NCBI GenBank assembly: GCA_019056785.1
Contig: DXJV01000059.1
Coordinates: 32,001-96,000 of the forward strand
DNA from: Candidatus Heimdallarchaeota archaeon
Lineage (GTDB): Archaea > Asgardarchaeota > Heimdallarchaeia > JABLTI01
DNA length: 64,000 nucleotides
Direction: 5' to 3'
Shown: piece after piece, positions 10,549 to 20,204 of the stretch
Layout: every line of letters begins with the position of its first letter
How positions within the stretch are numbered: the first letter of the stretch is position 1
Program-made: the position numbers and the translations under genes
Notes under the pieces: model-generated
The model's input: the letters and a program-made list of their open reading frames with translations, nothing else
What the model was told of the DNA's origin: nothing
The model's database searches: none

Positions 10549-11100
10549 TTACAACATTTTTGATGGGAGTTCTGCCATTTTCTTTTTAATGAATTCTCGT
10601 CGTTCTCCACGGGACTTGAATTTGGTAATTTCGTCTTTGTATTTCTCCATGACAATTTGTCGTTGGAAGAAAGCATATAAGGTGTCATAGAATGGAAATT
10701 CCATCTCCAGTGCATCGTGGTCAGAATCGACAAGCAAGGGAGCACCGCTAGCAATAACCTCAAGGCCAAGAGCCAATGGTTCTTCCTCTAATTTGCCTGT
10801 GTCAGCGGCGCGAACAACTTTCTGAAGTCGGGCAAGGGCTTCATCATCTCCGAGTTTGTACTTTTTAACAATGGCATCAAAAGTACAAAACTTTTCATCA
10901 TTTTCTTTGTAGTGATCTAATTCAATGCCGGTGCCAGTATCATAAGGTATTGCGCCGGTTTTTTCGACAAACTCAGGAATCTCTTCACGTGGCAAGAAAA
11001 TGAATTGCGCTTTCAAATCGATAAAGCGTTTGATAAGCCAAGGAGAAGCGACTCGATCAACATGGACATAATCACGTGTAACCCAAAGCATAAAATTCAT
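10549..11100 (-). CDS. Chromate resistance protein ChrB C-terminal-domain protein
   Basis: WVTR..VHVDRVASPWLIKRFID..A.F.F; CTFDAI; VRAADT; YDTLY. Confidence 0.85.
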   Translation of the reverse strand: MNFMLWVTRDYVHVDRVASPWLIKRFIDLKAQFIFLPREEIPEFVEKTGAIPYDTGTGIELDHYKENDEKFCTFDAIVKKYKLGDDEALARLQKVVRAADTGKLEEEPLALGLEVIASGAPLLVDSDHDALEMEFPFYDTLYAFFQRQIVMEKYKDEITKFKSRGERREFIKKKMAELPSKML

Positions 11101-11316
11101 CTCTGAAGTGTTTTATCATTTAATTATTCTAATCATACATTTTTCTTACGAGTTTTAAGAATTTCTATGCCCTTTTTTTAAATTAGATATTTCTTTAAAA
11201 GATTAATCTAATAGCAAAATGCTTTAAAATTCATTAAAAAGCCTTCTTCCTTTAGGGATTAACCGTAATAGGTGAAAAAAAGAATGATAAAGAAAAAAAA
11301 AATAGTGGATAAGGCA

Positions 11317-14300
11317 TTACTGGTCATAATAATTTTGATCATCAGAATAGTACTGTGAATAGTCTTGCTGTTGTTGTTCTCCTTCTTGAGAGTATTGTTG
11401 GTCTTGGGAATATTGATCAGGGTAAGAAAAGTCTACTTCTTGATAATAATGGTCAATTGGGGGTTGTTGATAGAACTCTTTGCGGAAACCAAAGATGCTT
11501 TCAACTAGTAGCGGTGCGGCTGAAAACTCATTTAAGTCTATAAGTTCAGAAGTGAGTTGGTGTTTGAAAGTGACCTCAAATTCATCAAGGAATCGTAATA
11601 CTAGTTCTTTCAAAATTGGTTTTACATCATTCACTAGTAAAATGGCATTGCCAAAATAACCAATGGCAACAATTAACCGCTTCTCACCGAACTCAAGCAC
11701 TTGGGTTTGCTGTTCAAGATCCGTTTCGCCTGTAATTTCTCTAAGAATTCCAACAATGCCGGTGAGAGCACCACCAAAGAGTTGTTCGTCTTCAAACAAG
11801 TCTTTGGAGTAGGGAACATATGTAAGCGTCAAACCATTTTTAGTGACGTAAGCTACTGCTTCCAAGCTTTTTTGCCAGCCTTTATTAATGCGTTTTTTCT
11901 TTGTCGCAACGACCAAAATGGTAGAAAAGATGATTGCAATTATCAATCCCCCTCCCACCGGGAGAACAATGGTGTAGAGGTTCTCTTTCAACCATTGGAA
12001 TAAGGGGCTAGCCGACCCTCCGTTGTTTCCTGAAGCCATCTTCAACTCTAAGGGATAGGTAGTTGTTTGAAGGGAATTACCAGCGCTGTCTGTTATAATA
12101 AAGCTTAATGTAAAGTTCCCTTCGCCAAGAGTAGATAAATTAAGAGATGTAGTAAAAATATAAATGCCATTTAGTCCTTGGACCAGGGTCATCTGAATTG
12201 TTTCATTTATGCCATTCCCTGCAATAACTAAGCTAATTGATGCTACCCCATAATTGTCTTGAGCTGAGAGTGAAATATTAATCATATTTGCACTAGTGTT
12301 TGTAGAAAGTTCGAATTCATTTTTATAGTTTGATAATACACGATCGCCAAAGATGATGGAACCAAAAATGCTTGGATCAACTTTATCAATTATTACTTCA
12401 ATAACAAGTGTTCTTCCACGATCAGCGGTGTCATAAACAGTGATTGTAAGATTATGGTGTTCGCCGGGAGCAACGAAGTTATCTTCGGTGACATTTACTT
12501 CAAGCCAGAAAGGTTGGTCAAGGATGTTACCAACATAGCTCTTATAATAAACTACTACTTGTCCATCGGCTATTACCTGGACTTCTTTCACACCAAGCCG
12601 GGTATCAAAAACTGTGAGGTTTATAATGAAATTGGGGTTGTTAGTAACATAGCTTTGAGGAATATTCACAAAAAATTCAGGTGCCTGCGGATAAAGTTCA
12701 ACAGTGATTGTCGCTTTTTTAGTGTTATGTGCAGCATCAAAAGCTTCAACAGTAATGTTATGATGGCCATCAGCAAAAGAAGAAACGTCAAAGAATTGTG
12801 CAGTAGTCAAGTCGTTAAAGGTGCCCATGAAAGTAGTGTTAATCCAGACATTGTATCCTGCAATTCCTGACCCGGAATCAAAAGCAGACCATTCAACATA
12901 CAAATTATCTTCCAGAATTAACTCGAGGTTATTGGGAGTTAATATCGCAACGCTTGGCGCTAATTGATCGATCCAGACAAAACGCATGTCGACAAACTGG
13001 AAGCTACTTCCAATTAATACTGCAATTGTCACATTGAAAACGGGGAAGTCCGAGGGATTGATAGCTCCAAAATCCACAATTGTTGATAAAGTGGTATTGC
13101 TATATGCCCCATATAAGGTTCCATTAACAAAAACATAAAACTGGTCAACAAAGATGTTTTTCACATTCCAGGTGAAATTAACTGTTGTGGAATAAGAATA
13201 ACTCGAGAATTCTATGGGATCTATGATATTAAAGGAGGGGGCGAGAGTATTGTGTTGAACAGAAATTGTTTGTTCAGTAAAATGACCTATATAATCTATA
13301 ACTCGAATAGTAATAGTTGAAGAAGCATTAGCAGGAATGGTAAACTCATAAAAACTACTTGAGGGGTCAGTTAAAGTATCAATTTGGAGACCATTAAGGA
13401 AAACGGCATATTCTTTAATACCCGTACCATTGTCATTTGCATCCCAGAAAACCGTCACAACTTCCGAACTGGTAAGAAAACCATCTTCTGGTGAAGTGAT
13501 TTCTAAGGAAGGTGCGAAGGTATCAAGAGCAATTGTGTAGTAATCCAAAGCATAATTTCCTGCTTTGTCCCATGCCATTATTAAAATTTCATTAAAGCCT
13601 TCGGAGAGAGTAATTGTGTCATTAAAAATTGTGTTATCATAAAAACTGTAGAAGATATCATTAATTTCTAACTCGAAATAATCAATACCACTCCCACCGC
13701 TATTGTCGACGCCGATCCATTCCACGAATAGGGACAGATTGTCAGTATAATACCAATTGTCTTCTTGCGGTAGGGTTAAAGGTTCAAGAGCAACTGTGGG
13801 AGTGACAGTATCTCGTGTAATCGTTATTGATCTTGACTTGTTATGCCCAACAGCATCTGAAGCAACCACTTGAATTTGATATTGCTTATCAAAAGGCAAG
13901 TCTACAACAGTAGAATGTGAATCTGTAACGTCGATGCTTTTACCATCTAAATAAATCTGATAGAATTCAACCCACGACCATTCATCATAGCCATCCCACT
14001 CAAGATTAATTGATGAGGATTTAACTGCAGAATTATCGATGGGGGAAGTAATCTCTAAGTAGGGGGGAGAATTATCATAAATGATAAAGACAGTATCTTT
14101 ACCTTTATTGTTGCTTGTATCTTTGCCAATAATGGTTACATTGTAGATTCCTTCGCCGGCATCAAGAGTGAGCCAAAGTGAGGTGGCTGACTCGTCGCTT
14201 TTTTGTAGTGAGCCATTAACATAAGCATCAAAAAGAACATCGTCTCCTTCAGGGTCATAATAATCATACGAAACTTGAATCAGGTCGGAGTCGACGATAT

Positions 14301-16608
14301 CATCCCATTGTGGATCAGTAATCGTGACTTCAGGTGCACTTTGTGAGTATTCAATTGAAATGTAATCATGAGCAACAAAGCCAAGAACATCATAGGCATA
14401 TATTTCAATATCATTGCTCCCAAGAAGTAAACTAATATAGGCACCTCGTTGACCCGCACCAGCACGAGTTTGGAAGGCACCATTGATATAAATGTCGAAA
14501 AACTCCATTGGATTGGAGTCATTAGAGATAGACCATTGGATAAGAAGACTTTCTCGGTTGGAAGTGTAACCAGAGGAGGGAGAAGTGAAGGAGACGCTGG
14601 GAGGATTACCAATACCGAGAATGATGATTTGCCCGGTATAATCACCGATGATGGCTTCCAAATCATCATCTTCATCGATATCATAACCAATAATTGAGCT
14701 CTTGGCTCCAATAGTTGCTCCGAGATCTCCTGACCATTCTTCAGTATAAACCAAATCCTTTGCGTAGGGTGTAGCATTTAAATTCGTAACTTGTAAAATT
14801 TTCACGGTACCGTTAGAACAACCAATGATTAATTCATTGTAAGTATCGTCATCAATATCAAAAACGGCTGCACCACCAGCAAAATTGGGGTTACTACCAT
14901 CATTTACATTAAATTCTAAGGGGATGGAACTGTCATTAAAAGTAAATTGGCCGAAGATCTTTACAGTATTTCTTCCAACGATTACTGTCTCGTTTTCACC
15001 GTCATTATCTACATCTGCAACAACAATTGTATGGCCGAAATAGTCAAGTGTATTGTTATGTGACTCGGCTGGAAGATCATCTTCTGGAGTATAAACAGTA
15101 CTATTAGTTGGATTGTCATAATAGCTTGTGCCATCCATTTCGATGATTTGGAGCATTGTTGGAGAAATAGAATTGGTATCATTAATCTGCGAGAAGAAAA
15201 GCAATTCATTCCAAGCATCTCCATCCATATCAGCAATTTCGAGCTCATGAATTCTAGAGACTTCTTCGCGGTTAATTTTGTAAGGAGTTAAATAACCAGC
15301 TAAAGTGAATTTGTCCGGTGGTTTTGAATAAGTTAAGACTCCTATTTGTCCTGTTTCATCACCAAAAAGGATTTGTTTGGAGCCGTCATTTTTATTCATT
15401 GCATCTCCAATTGCAATATGCCCCAACAATTTATCGCCATAGTTATCAAAAATAACACTTGATTCATCAAAATCTTTTGTTACATCATTCCAGTCATATA
15501 ATCGACCGATGCGACTATCTGAACCGACACCGTAAAGCTCATCCTTTCCATCCTCATCGAAATCATAAGCAGCTATTTCAGTGATCTGAAAGAGATCGCT
15601 GTAGTGTTCCGATTCCCACGAACCCCAAATACGTGTAAGTTTTCCATTAACATAATCAAAAATAGCTATTAACTTATCATCTCCAGAGACACGACGATTG
15701 GAAACCACAACAAGCTCTTTATCTCCATCGCCATTAATGTCGGCAAGAGTCAAGTAGGTATTATTACCAGGTCCGATGGCACCATCTTTTATATTGAAAT
15801 TATCTTCAATGATATATTCTTCAAAGAAATGCTGATCACCTAAATGAATATCACCCCATTGGCTAGGGTCATTTGCGAAGGAAGCAATATTGTCAGGGAC
15901 AACGGGCCAAGTGATGAAATCACTAAGAGTGGAGAGGTCTGAAGTAGCAATAACACTCCAACCAAGAATTTTATCGTTCACAGGAGTGGAATAAGGAATC
16001 TTAATCTCATACTGTCGATGGGCAGTAAGATTGTTAAAGGCAGAAGTTGAAAAGCCAGTATCGACAATAATCCCACTCGAGGCGAGAGCAATGCCTGGAC
16101 CTGCTTCTTCGATAAAGACCCAGTCCTGTAAAACGTAACTATAACTGTATAAGTCAACAACTTCTATTCCACTATTGTAACGATACCTTAGTCGATAATC
16201 TGCTGTGCTCAGCCAACCATTATGGTCCAAATCAAGATATACCACCATCCCAAAAGTGGAAGATGGAACCTCTACTATGAAACTCGTACAATCCAAAGCA
16301 ATATACACCGTAACATTATCATTTTGAACAAGTAGTTTTCCTTCGGAATTTCCCTTTTCATTAAATAAATTATATACCGCTGCAGAGGTCCATTCTTGAG
16401 AGCGGTCATAAAGCTTGAAATCAATATTCCCGTCTATGGTCGGAGCGGTCTCATTCCAGATGGAGAAAAGCTCTATCGGTTCTGCAACAGGAGAATGTCC
16501 TTGAATATGAAACACTTGAAATTGATTGATAGTAAGAAAAGTAGTAATAAAGAATAGTGCAACACAAATTGCCAATTTTGATTCTCTTCTAATTTTAAAA
16601 TTATACAT
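11317..16608 (-). CDS. Giant single-pass surface protein: signal, CBM9/DOMON-like domain, FG-GAP beta-propeller, about 9 Ig-like domains, TM, cytoplasmic longin/roadblock-like domain, Q/Y-rich tail
   Basis: APTIDG...EW start motif; seven D-x-D/N-x-D-G-x-x-E-like blades; repeated P...ITSP...A.D..G Ig units; TM followed by KKKR; LFGGALTGI..ILREI..GEKRLIV motif. Confidence 0.8.
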   Translation of the reverse strand: MYNFKIRRESKLAICVALFFITTFLTINQFQVFHIQGHSPVAEPIELFSIWNETAPTIDGNIDFKLYDRSQEWTSAAVYNLFNEKGNSEGKLLVQNDNVTVYIALDCTSFIVEVPSSTFGMVVYLDLDHNGWLSTADYRLRYRYNSGIEVVDLYSYSYVLQDWVFIEEAGPGIALASSGIIVDTGFSTSAFNNLTAHRQYEIKIPYSTPVNDKILGWSVIATSDLSTLSDFITWPVVPDNIASFANDPSQWGDIHLGDQHFFEEYIIEDNFNIKDGAIGPGNNTYLTLADINGDGDKELVVVSNRRVSGDDKLIAIFDYVNGKLTRIWGSWESEHYSDLFQITEIAAYDFDEDGKDELYGVGSDSRIGRLYDWNDVTKDFDESSVIFDNYGDKLLGHIAIGDAMNKNDGSKQILFGDETGQIGVLTYSKPPDKFTLAGYLTPYKINREEVSRIHELEIADMDGDAWNELLFFSQINDTNSISPTMLQIIEMDGTSYYDNPTNSTVYTPEDDLPAESHNNTLDYFGHTIVVADVDNDGENETVIVGRNTVKIFGQFTFNDSSIPLEFNVNDGSNPNFAGGAAVFDIDDDTYNELIIGCSNGTVKILQVTNLNATPYAKDLVYTEEWSGDLGATIGAKSSIIGYDIDEDDDLEAIIGDYTGQIIILGIGNPPSVSFTSPSSGYTSNRESLLIQWSISNDSNPMEFFDIYINGAFQTRAGAGQRGAYISLLLGSNDIEIYAYDVLGFVAHDYISIEYSQSAPEVTITDPQWDDIVDSDLIQVSYDYYDPEGDDVLFDAYVNGSLQKSDESATSLWLTLDAGEGIYNVTIIGKDTSNNKGKDTVFIIYDNSPPYLEITSPIDNSAVKSSSINLEWDGYDEWSWVEFYQIYLDGKSIDVTDSHSTVVDLPFDKQYQIQVVASDAVGHNKSRSITITRDTVTPTVALEPLTLPQEDNWYYTDNLSLFVEWIGVDNSGGSGIDYFELEINDIFYSFYDNTIFNDTITLSEGFNEILIMAWDKAGNYALDYYTIALDTFAPSLEITSPEDGFLTSSEVVTVFWDANDNGTGIKEYAVFLNGLQIDTLTDPSSSFYEFTIPANASSTITIRVIDYIGHFTEQTISVQHNTLAPSFNIIDPIEFSSYSYSTTVNFTWNVKNIFVDQFYVFVNGTLYGAYSNTTLSTIVDFGAINPSDFPVFNVTIAVLIGSSFQFVDMRFVWIDQLAPSVAILTPNNLELILEDNLYVEWSAFDSGSGIAGYNVWINTTFMGTFNDLTTAQFFDVSSFADGHHNITVEAFDAAHNTKKATITVELYPQAPEFFVNIPQSYVTNNPNFIINLTVFDTRLGVKEVQVIADGQVVVYYKSYVGNILDQPFWLEVNVTEDNFVAPGEHHNLTITVYDTADRGRTLVIEVIIDKVDPSIFGSIIFGDRVLSNYKNEFELSTNTSANMINISLSAQDNYGVASISLVIAGNGINETIQMTLVQGLNGIYIFTTSLNLSTLGEGNFTLSFIITDSAGNSLQTTTYPLELKMASGNNGGSASPLFQWLKENLYTIVLPVGGGLIIAIIFSTILVVATKKKRINKGWQKSLEAVAYVTKNGLTLTYVPYSKDLFEDEQLFGGALTGIVGILREITGETDLEQQTQVLEFGEKRLIVAIGYFGNAILLVNDVKPILKELVLRFLDEFEVTFKHQLTSELIDLNEFSAAPLLVESIFGFRKEFYQQPPIDHYYQEVDFSYPDQYSQDQQYSQEGEQQQQDYSQYYSDDQNYYDQ

Positions 16609-16770
16609 GGCTGTTTATCACCCTATATCTAGTTATTAACTTGATTGCTCCTAAACTCGACTTACAAATGGACTGAAATCTGTAAGATAGATTTTGTCGG
16701 GTTCAGTTAATAGCTGTTCCAACAAACCATAAAAAAGTTTACATTAAGGAAACCTGCATTAACTTTAAAG

Positions 16771-19700
16771 TCATTTAAAAGACAATTGCGAAATTGCTTT
16801 GCGAATTTTTTCGGCAGTATCTCTTGGTTCGTCCAAGACAAAGGCAAATTCCATTATTTTTTCAGTGAATGGTTCAAGATGGACAAGAGAGTTCAACCAG
16901 ACAATTAGCATTATACCTAAATCTACAATTGTGACTGTGCCGGTTGTTTTCTCTGAAACAAAGAAAGCGATGGATTGTTCATCTTTAAAGATGCGACTCA
17001 AAGCTTTCCCAAAGGGATTAAACGCTGTAAATTGTTGTTTCACTGCATTATGAAACCAGAGTTCTTTTTCTGCTTGAACTTCGACTTTTGTTCCTTCAAT
17101 TGTTCCTTGAAGGCCCACGTCACAAATAAACGTTCCAACAAAAGGCACTACTCTCGGTGTGGGGTTTTCAACTTTAAGTCGAATGAGTACTATTTTACTA
17201 TTTGGAAAAGTAAGATACTCAATTTCACACTTTAACCCTGTGAGAAACTCCTTGTCATTTTGTATGGTAAAGATTGATTTTGTTCCTTTCCAAACGCCTT
17301 TTTCACATTTAACTGTTCTAACTTTTTCTGGCTCAGTGAAAATCTCTTCTGAAGCGGGATGGAACATTTGGGGTTGAATCCCACCAAGATAATGTTCTAG
17401 GAAATACTTGGCTTTGATTTCCGGGAAACTATCGATAAGGTATTCTCGGCCTTGGTTGTCAGTGAGTCGGATAAGGTTCCCACCTTCTTCAGCGACAACA
17501 TCGAATGTTAGAAGACCATTTTGAACCTTGAACAATTCTTTCTTCTGATCAACAACTTGCGAAACTGACACTTCGCCTTGGGAGGCTACTAACACAAAAT
17601 TATCAAAAGAAATTTCGAATTCTCCTTTGTAAAGGACTTGAAGATTTTCAACAATATTAGAGTAGTTGGCAGGAATAATAACTTCAATTGGCAAAGTGAC
17701 TTTTTTAAGGAATCCCCCCTTGGGCACAGAGATCGTTCTTTTCAACCCGCTATTTGTATCAAACATTGCTTGCCAACCGGAAGGGGCAACTAAGGACAAT
17801 TCACCTTGAAATGGATAATTCGTTGCAAAATGAACCTCGAGAGATAATTTGTTTGTTTTACCTGCAAATAAAACTTGACTCTTTGCTAATGTAATGTCAA
17901 AGTCTTTAATGATTTCTGGGCCCATTAGCATTTCTTCGAATGGAAAGCTTGCCTTCCCAATAAGTTGGCTCCATCGTTGTCGAACCTGTTGAAGGTTAGT
18001 AAATCCAAAAGAATACCAAAGTTCAATGGGTTGATAACTTTTACCAGGAGAAATTTCTACAGCTTTACTTTCAAGGTTGTTTAGCATTCCTTTGCGTAGA
18101 TTTACTTTTTCAATGGTACTGGGATCCCAAATCCAGGCTGTAAGCTCGTTAGAGGCCAGCATTTTACTTGCGGACCAGCTTTCATGCCAGAGTGTTGCAT
18201 CTGTTGGAATCATCGGTGTTGTAAGGAAATTCGTAAATGTCTCAGTTTCAATTATTTTGCCTTCTAAAGGCGCATATCCTTTCGCCTTCATCAAATACGG
18301 ATTCATGCTAATACCATGATGGAACGCGCCTGTTTTTGCTGAGGTAAGAATTGTCTTTTGGGCATTTAGATTCGTATATTTGGTCCAAAAATGAACTTCT
18401 TCCAATCCTGCTTTTAATTCCAGAAACTTCTCAATAAGCAATCCTTCTATCTGCCGGCTTTTTGCAGTTAACTTTAGTAAAAGACCATCTCTTTTTCTCC
18501 TAAGATGGTAGTCAAATTTTAGAGTTGTGTCACGTGATAAACCATAGGGCGGCCCGGCTTGTAGCCTAAGTTGTGAAAAGCCATTCTTCTCTCCATGATA
18601 TATTTTCATGTTCCCCCCTTCAAGTGAAACCTCAACAGCTAACTTGTCAGTGAGGAGATAGAGCCGTTCTGTTTCTTGTATTGTAGCGTATTCAGCAAGA
18701 CCTGCAACACGAGCGAAAATTGGCAGTTCAAAAACAGGCAGTTCGATTGTTGTATCCTCATACTGTAGAAAAGGTATCATTGCAATTTTGTTCACATTAT
18801 GAGGGTTGGTTGCAGGAAAAGCGTAAGGAAAGGAAATGCCAGAAACATCGTTTGGTTTTAGCTCTACTGTGATTTTTCTTTCTTGGTTGCTACTTTTTTG
18901 CTCTTTGATTTGCACAAAACCTTGGATGGGTAAATCAGTGGTGTTTAGAATATCCAAAGAAATGGTGCTTTCTCTACCCTTAGGTATAACAACGAATTGT
19001 TCTTCCTCAAAAGTTCGAAGTTTGATTGGCGATTGTATCTTACCACTGGTAACAAACTCGAGGGAATACCCTCCAAAAGAAATGTTTGTAGTAATGCTCT
19101 TACAAGCTTGTTCTGCTCCTTTGTAAAGATTTGCATTTTTGTCAAGAGTGAATTTACAACTAACAATTTTTTGCTCGTCTTTTTTCACTCGAACTTTTTT
19201 TGGCAACGTGCCTTGCCAATGCAATCCAGGGAACTTTTGAACAAATAAAGAGCATTCAAAATCTTCTGCTAAACCATTTTGAAACTCGATTTTAAATTCA
19301 TTAGGAATGCCAATAAAGAGATTGTGATTTTTTAAGCGTGTTTTAATTTTTATTGATTGTTCACCTAATTTACTAAAGATGCCTGAAATTCCCCACCCAA
19401 ACCGATCTATTTCCACTTCTAAAAGGTCTGACTCTTCTTTAAATCGGTAAATGAAAAGTTCCATATTATCAATAACCATCTTGTCAGGTTCTTGATTCAA
19501 TTCTCGGTCGAAATTTGCATACCAATCCGGATGTTTAGAGAACCATTCTTTAGCAATGGGGTTTTGTTTTATACCAGGAATATAATCTTGCATATAGACA
19601 GCTGTTTCAGGGACCCAAAAAAGACCAACTTTTTTATAAAGAGGAACAGCATCCAAATTCCCAGACCAAGTATGTAAATCAACTCGTGTTATTCCTTTTT

Positions 19701-20040
19701 CTTCCGCAATCTCGAGTGCTTTAAGAAGAAGCCTCTTCCCAAACCTCTGTCCTTTGACTTTTGGAATTACCCCTAAAATAGAAATATAAGCTGCTTTCTC
19801 ATCACGCCAATGAGGATACAAACCACAATAGCCACAGAGCTCACCATCCTCATCAACTGCGAGAAGATCAGCTATTGCAGAGGTTTTATCCAACCAATCA
19901 TGTACTCTTTCTGCAGTGTAAGGAACTCCACCGCCAAATCCCCCAGGCCATAATTTGTTGAATTCATTAAACATTACTGCAGCTTTTTCAGCAAGAGAAG
20001 GGTCATAAAGAATAATTTTTCCTTTTTGTTGTGAGGTCAT
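16771..20040 (-). CDS. Large GNAT-family acetyltransferase with C-terminal beta-sandwich domains
   Basis: V.P..KGQRFGKRLL; TWSGNLDAVPLYKKVG acetyl-CoA motifs in the first 150 aa. Confidence 0.8.
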   Translation of the reverse strand: MTSQQKGKIILYDPSLAEKAAVMFNEFNKLWPGGFGGGVPYTAERVHDWLDKTSAIADLLAVDEDGELCGYCGLYPHWRDEKAAYISILGVIPKVKGQRFGKRLLLKALEIAEEKGITRVDLHTWSGNLDAVPLYKKVGLFWVPETAVYMQDYIPGIKQNPIAKEWFSKHPDWYANFDRELNQEPDKMVIDNMELFIYRFKEESDLLEVEIDRFGWGISGIFSKLGEQSIKIKTRLKNHNLFIGIPNEFKIEFQNGLAEDFECSLFVQKFPGLHWQGTLPKKVRVKKDEQKIVSCKFTLDKNANLYKGAEQACKSITTNISFGGYSLEFVTSGKIQSPIKLRTFEEEQFVVIPKGRESTISLDILNTTDLPIQGFVQIKEQKSSNQERKITVELKPNDVSGISFPYAFPATNPHNVNKIAMIPFLQYEDTTIELPVFELPIFARVAGLAEYATIQETERLYLLTDKLAVEVSLEGGNMKIYHGEKNGFSQLRLQAGPPYGLSRDTTLKFDYHLRRKRDGLLLKLTAKSRQIEGLLIEKFLELKAGLEEVHFWTKYTNLNAQKTILTSAKTGAFHHGISMNPYLMKAKGYAPLEGKIIETETFTNFLTTPMIPTDATLWHESWSASKMLASNELTAWIWDPSTIEKVNLRKGMLNNLESKAVEISPGKSYQPIELWYSFGFTNLQQVRQRWSQLIGKASFPFEEMLMGPEIIKDFDITLAKSQVLFAGKTNKLSLEVHFATNYPFQGELSLVAPSGWQAMFDTNSGLKRTISVPKGGFLKKVTLPIEVIIPANYSNIVENLQVLYKGEFEISFDNFVLVASQGEVSVSQVVDQKKELFKVQNGLLTFDVVAEEGGNLIRLTDNQGREYLIDSFPEIKAKYFLEHYLGGIQPQMFHPASEEIFTEPEKVRTVKCEKGVWKGTKSIFTIQNDKEFLTGLKCEIEYLTFPNSKIVLIRLKVENPTPRVVPFVGTFICDVGLQGTIEGTKVEVQAEKELWFHNAVKQQFTAFNPFGKALSRIFKDEQSIAFFVSEKTTGTVTIVDLGIMLIVWLNSLVHLEPFTEKIMEFAFVLDEPRDTAEKIRKAISQLSFK

Positions 20041-20204
20041 AAAACGAGCACCTGCTTGTCAAATTCTTATCTTTCTTTCATTTGTTTATTAACTTAAATG
20101 TTCTTTTTTTGTAGCTACCAGTAAGGTCATTTGAAAGTTAATAAATGCACGATAGCTGGTCACATGTTAAATATTTATTGACCACAACTGACCATTTTGG
20201 GCTT

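Noticed and set aside
20157-20184. TGGTCA-N16-TGACCA inverted repeat upstream of the large GNAT
   Set aside because: 6-bp arms and a single occurrence; expected by chance.
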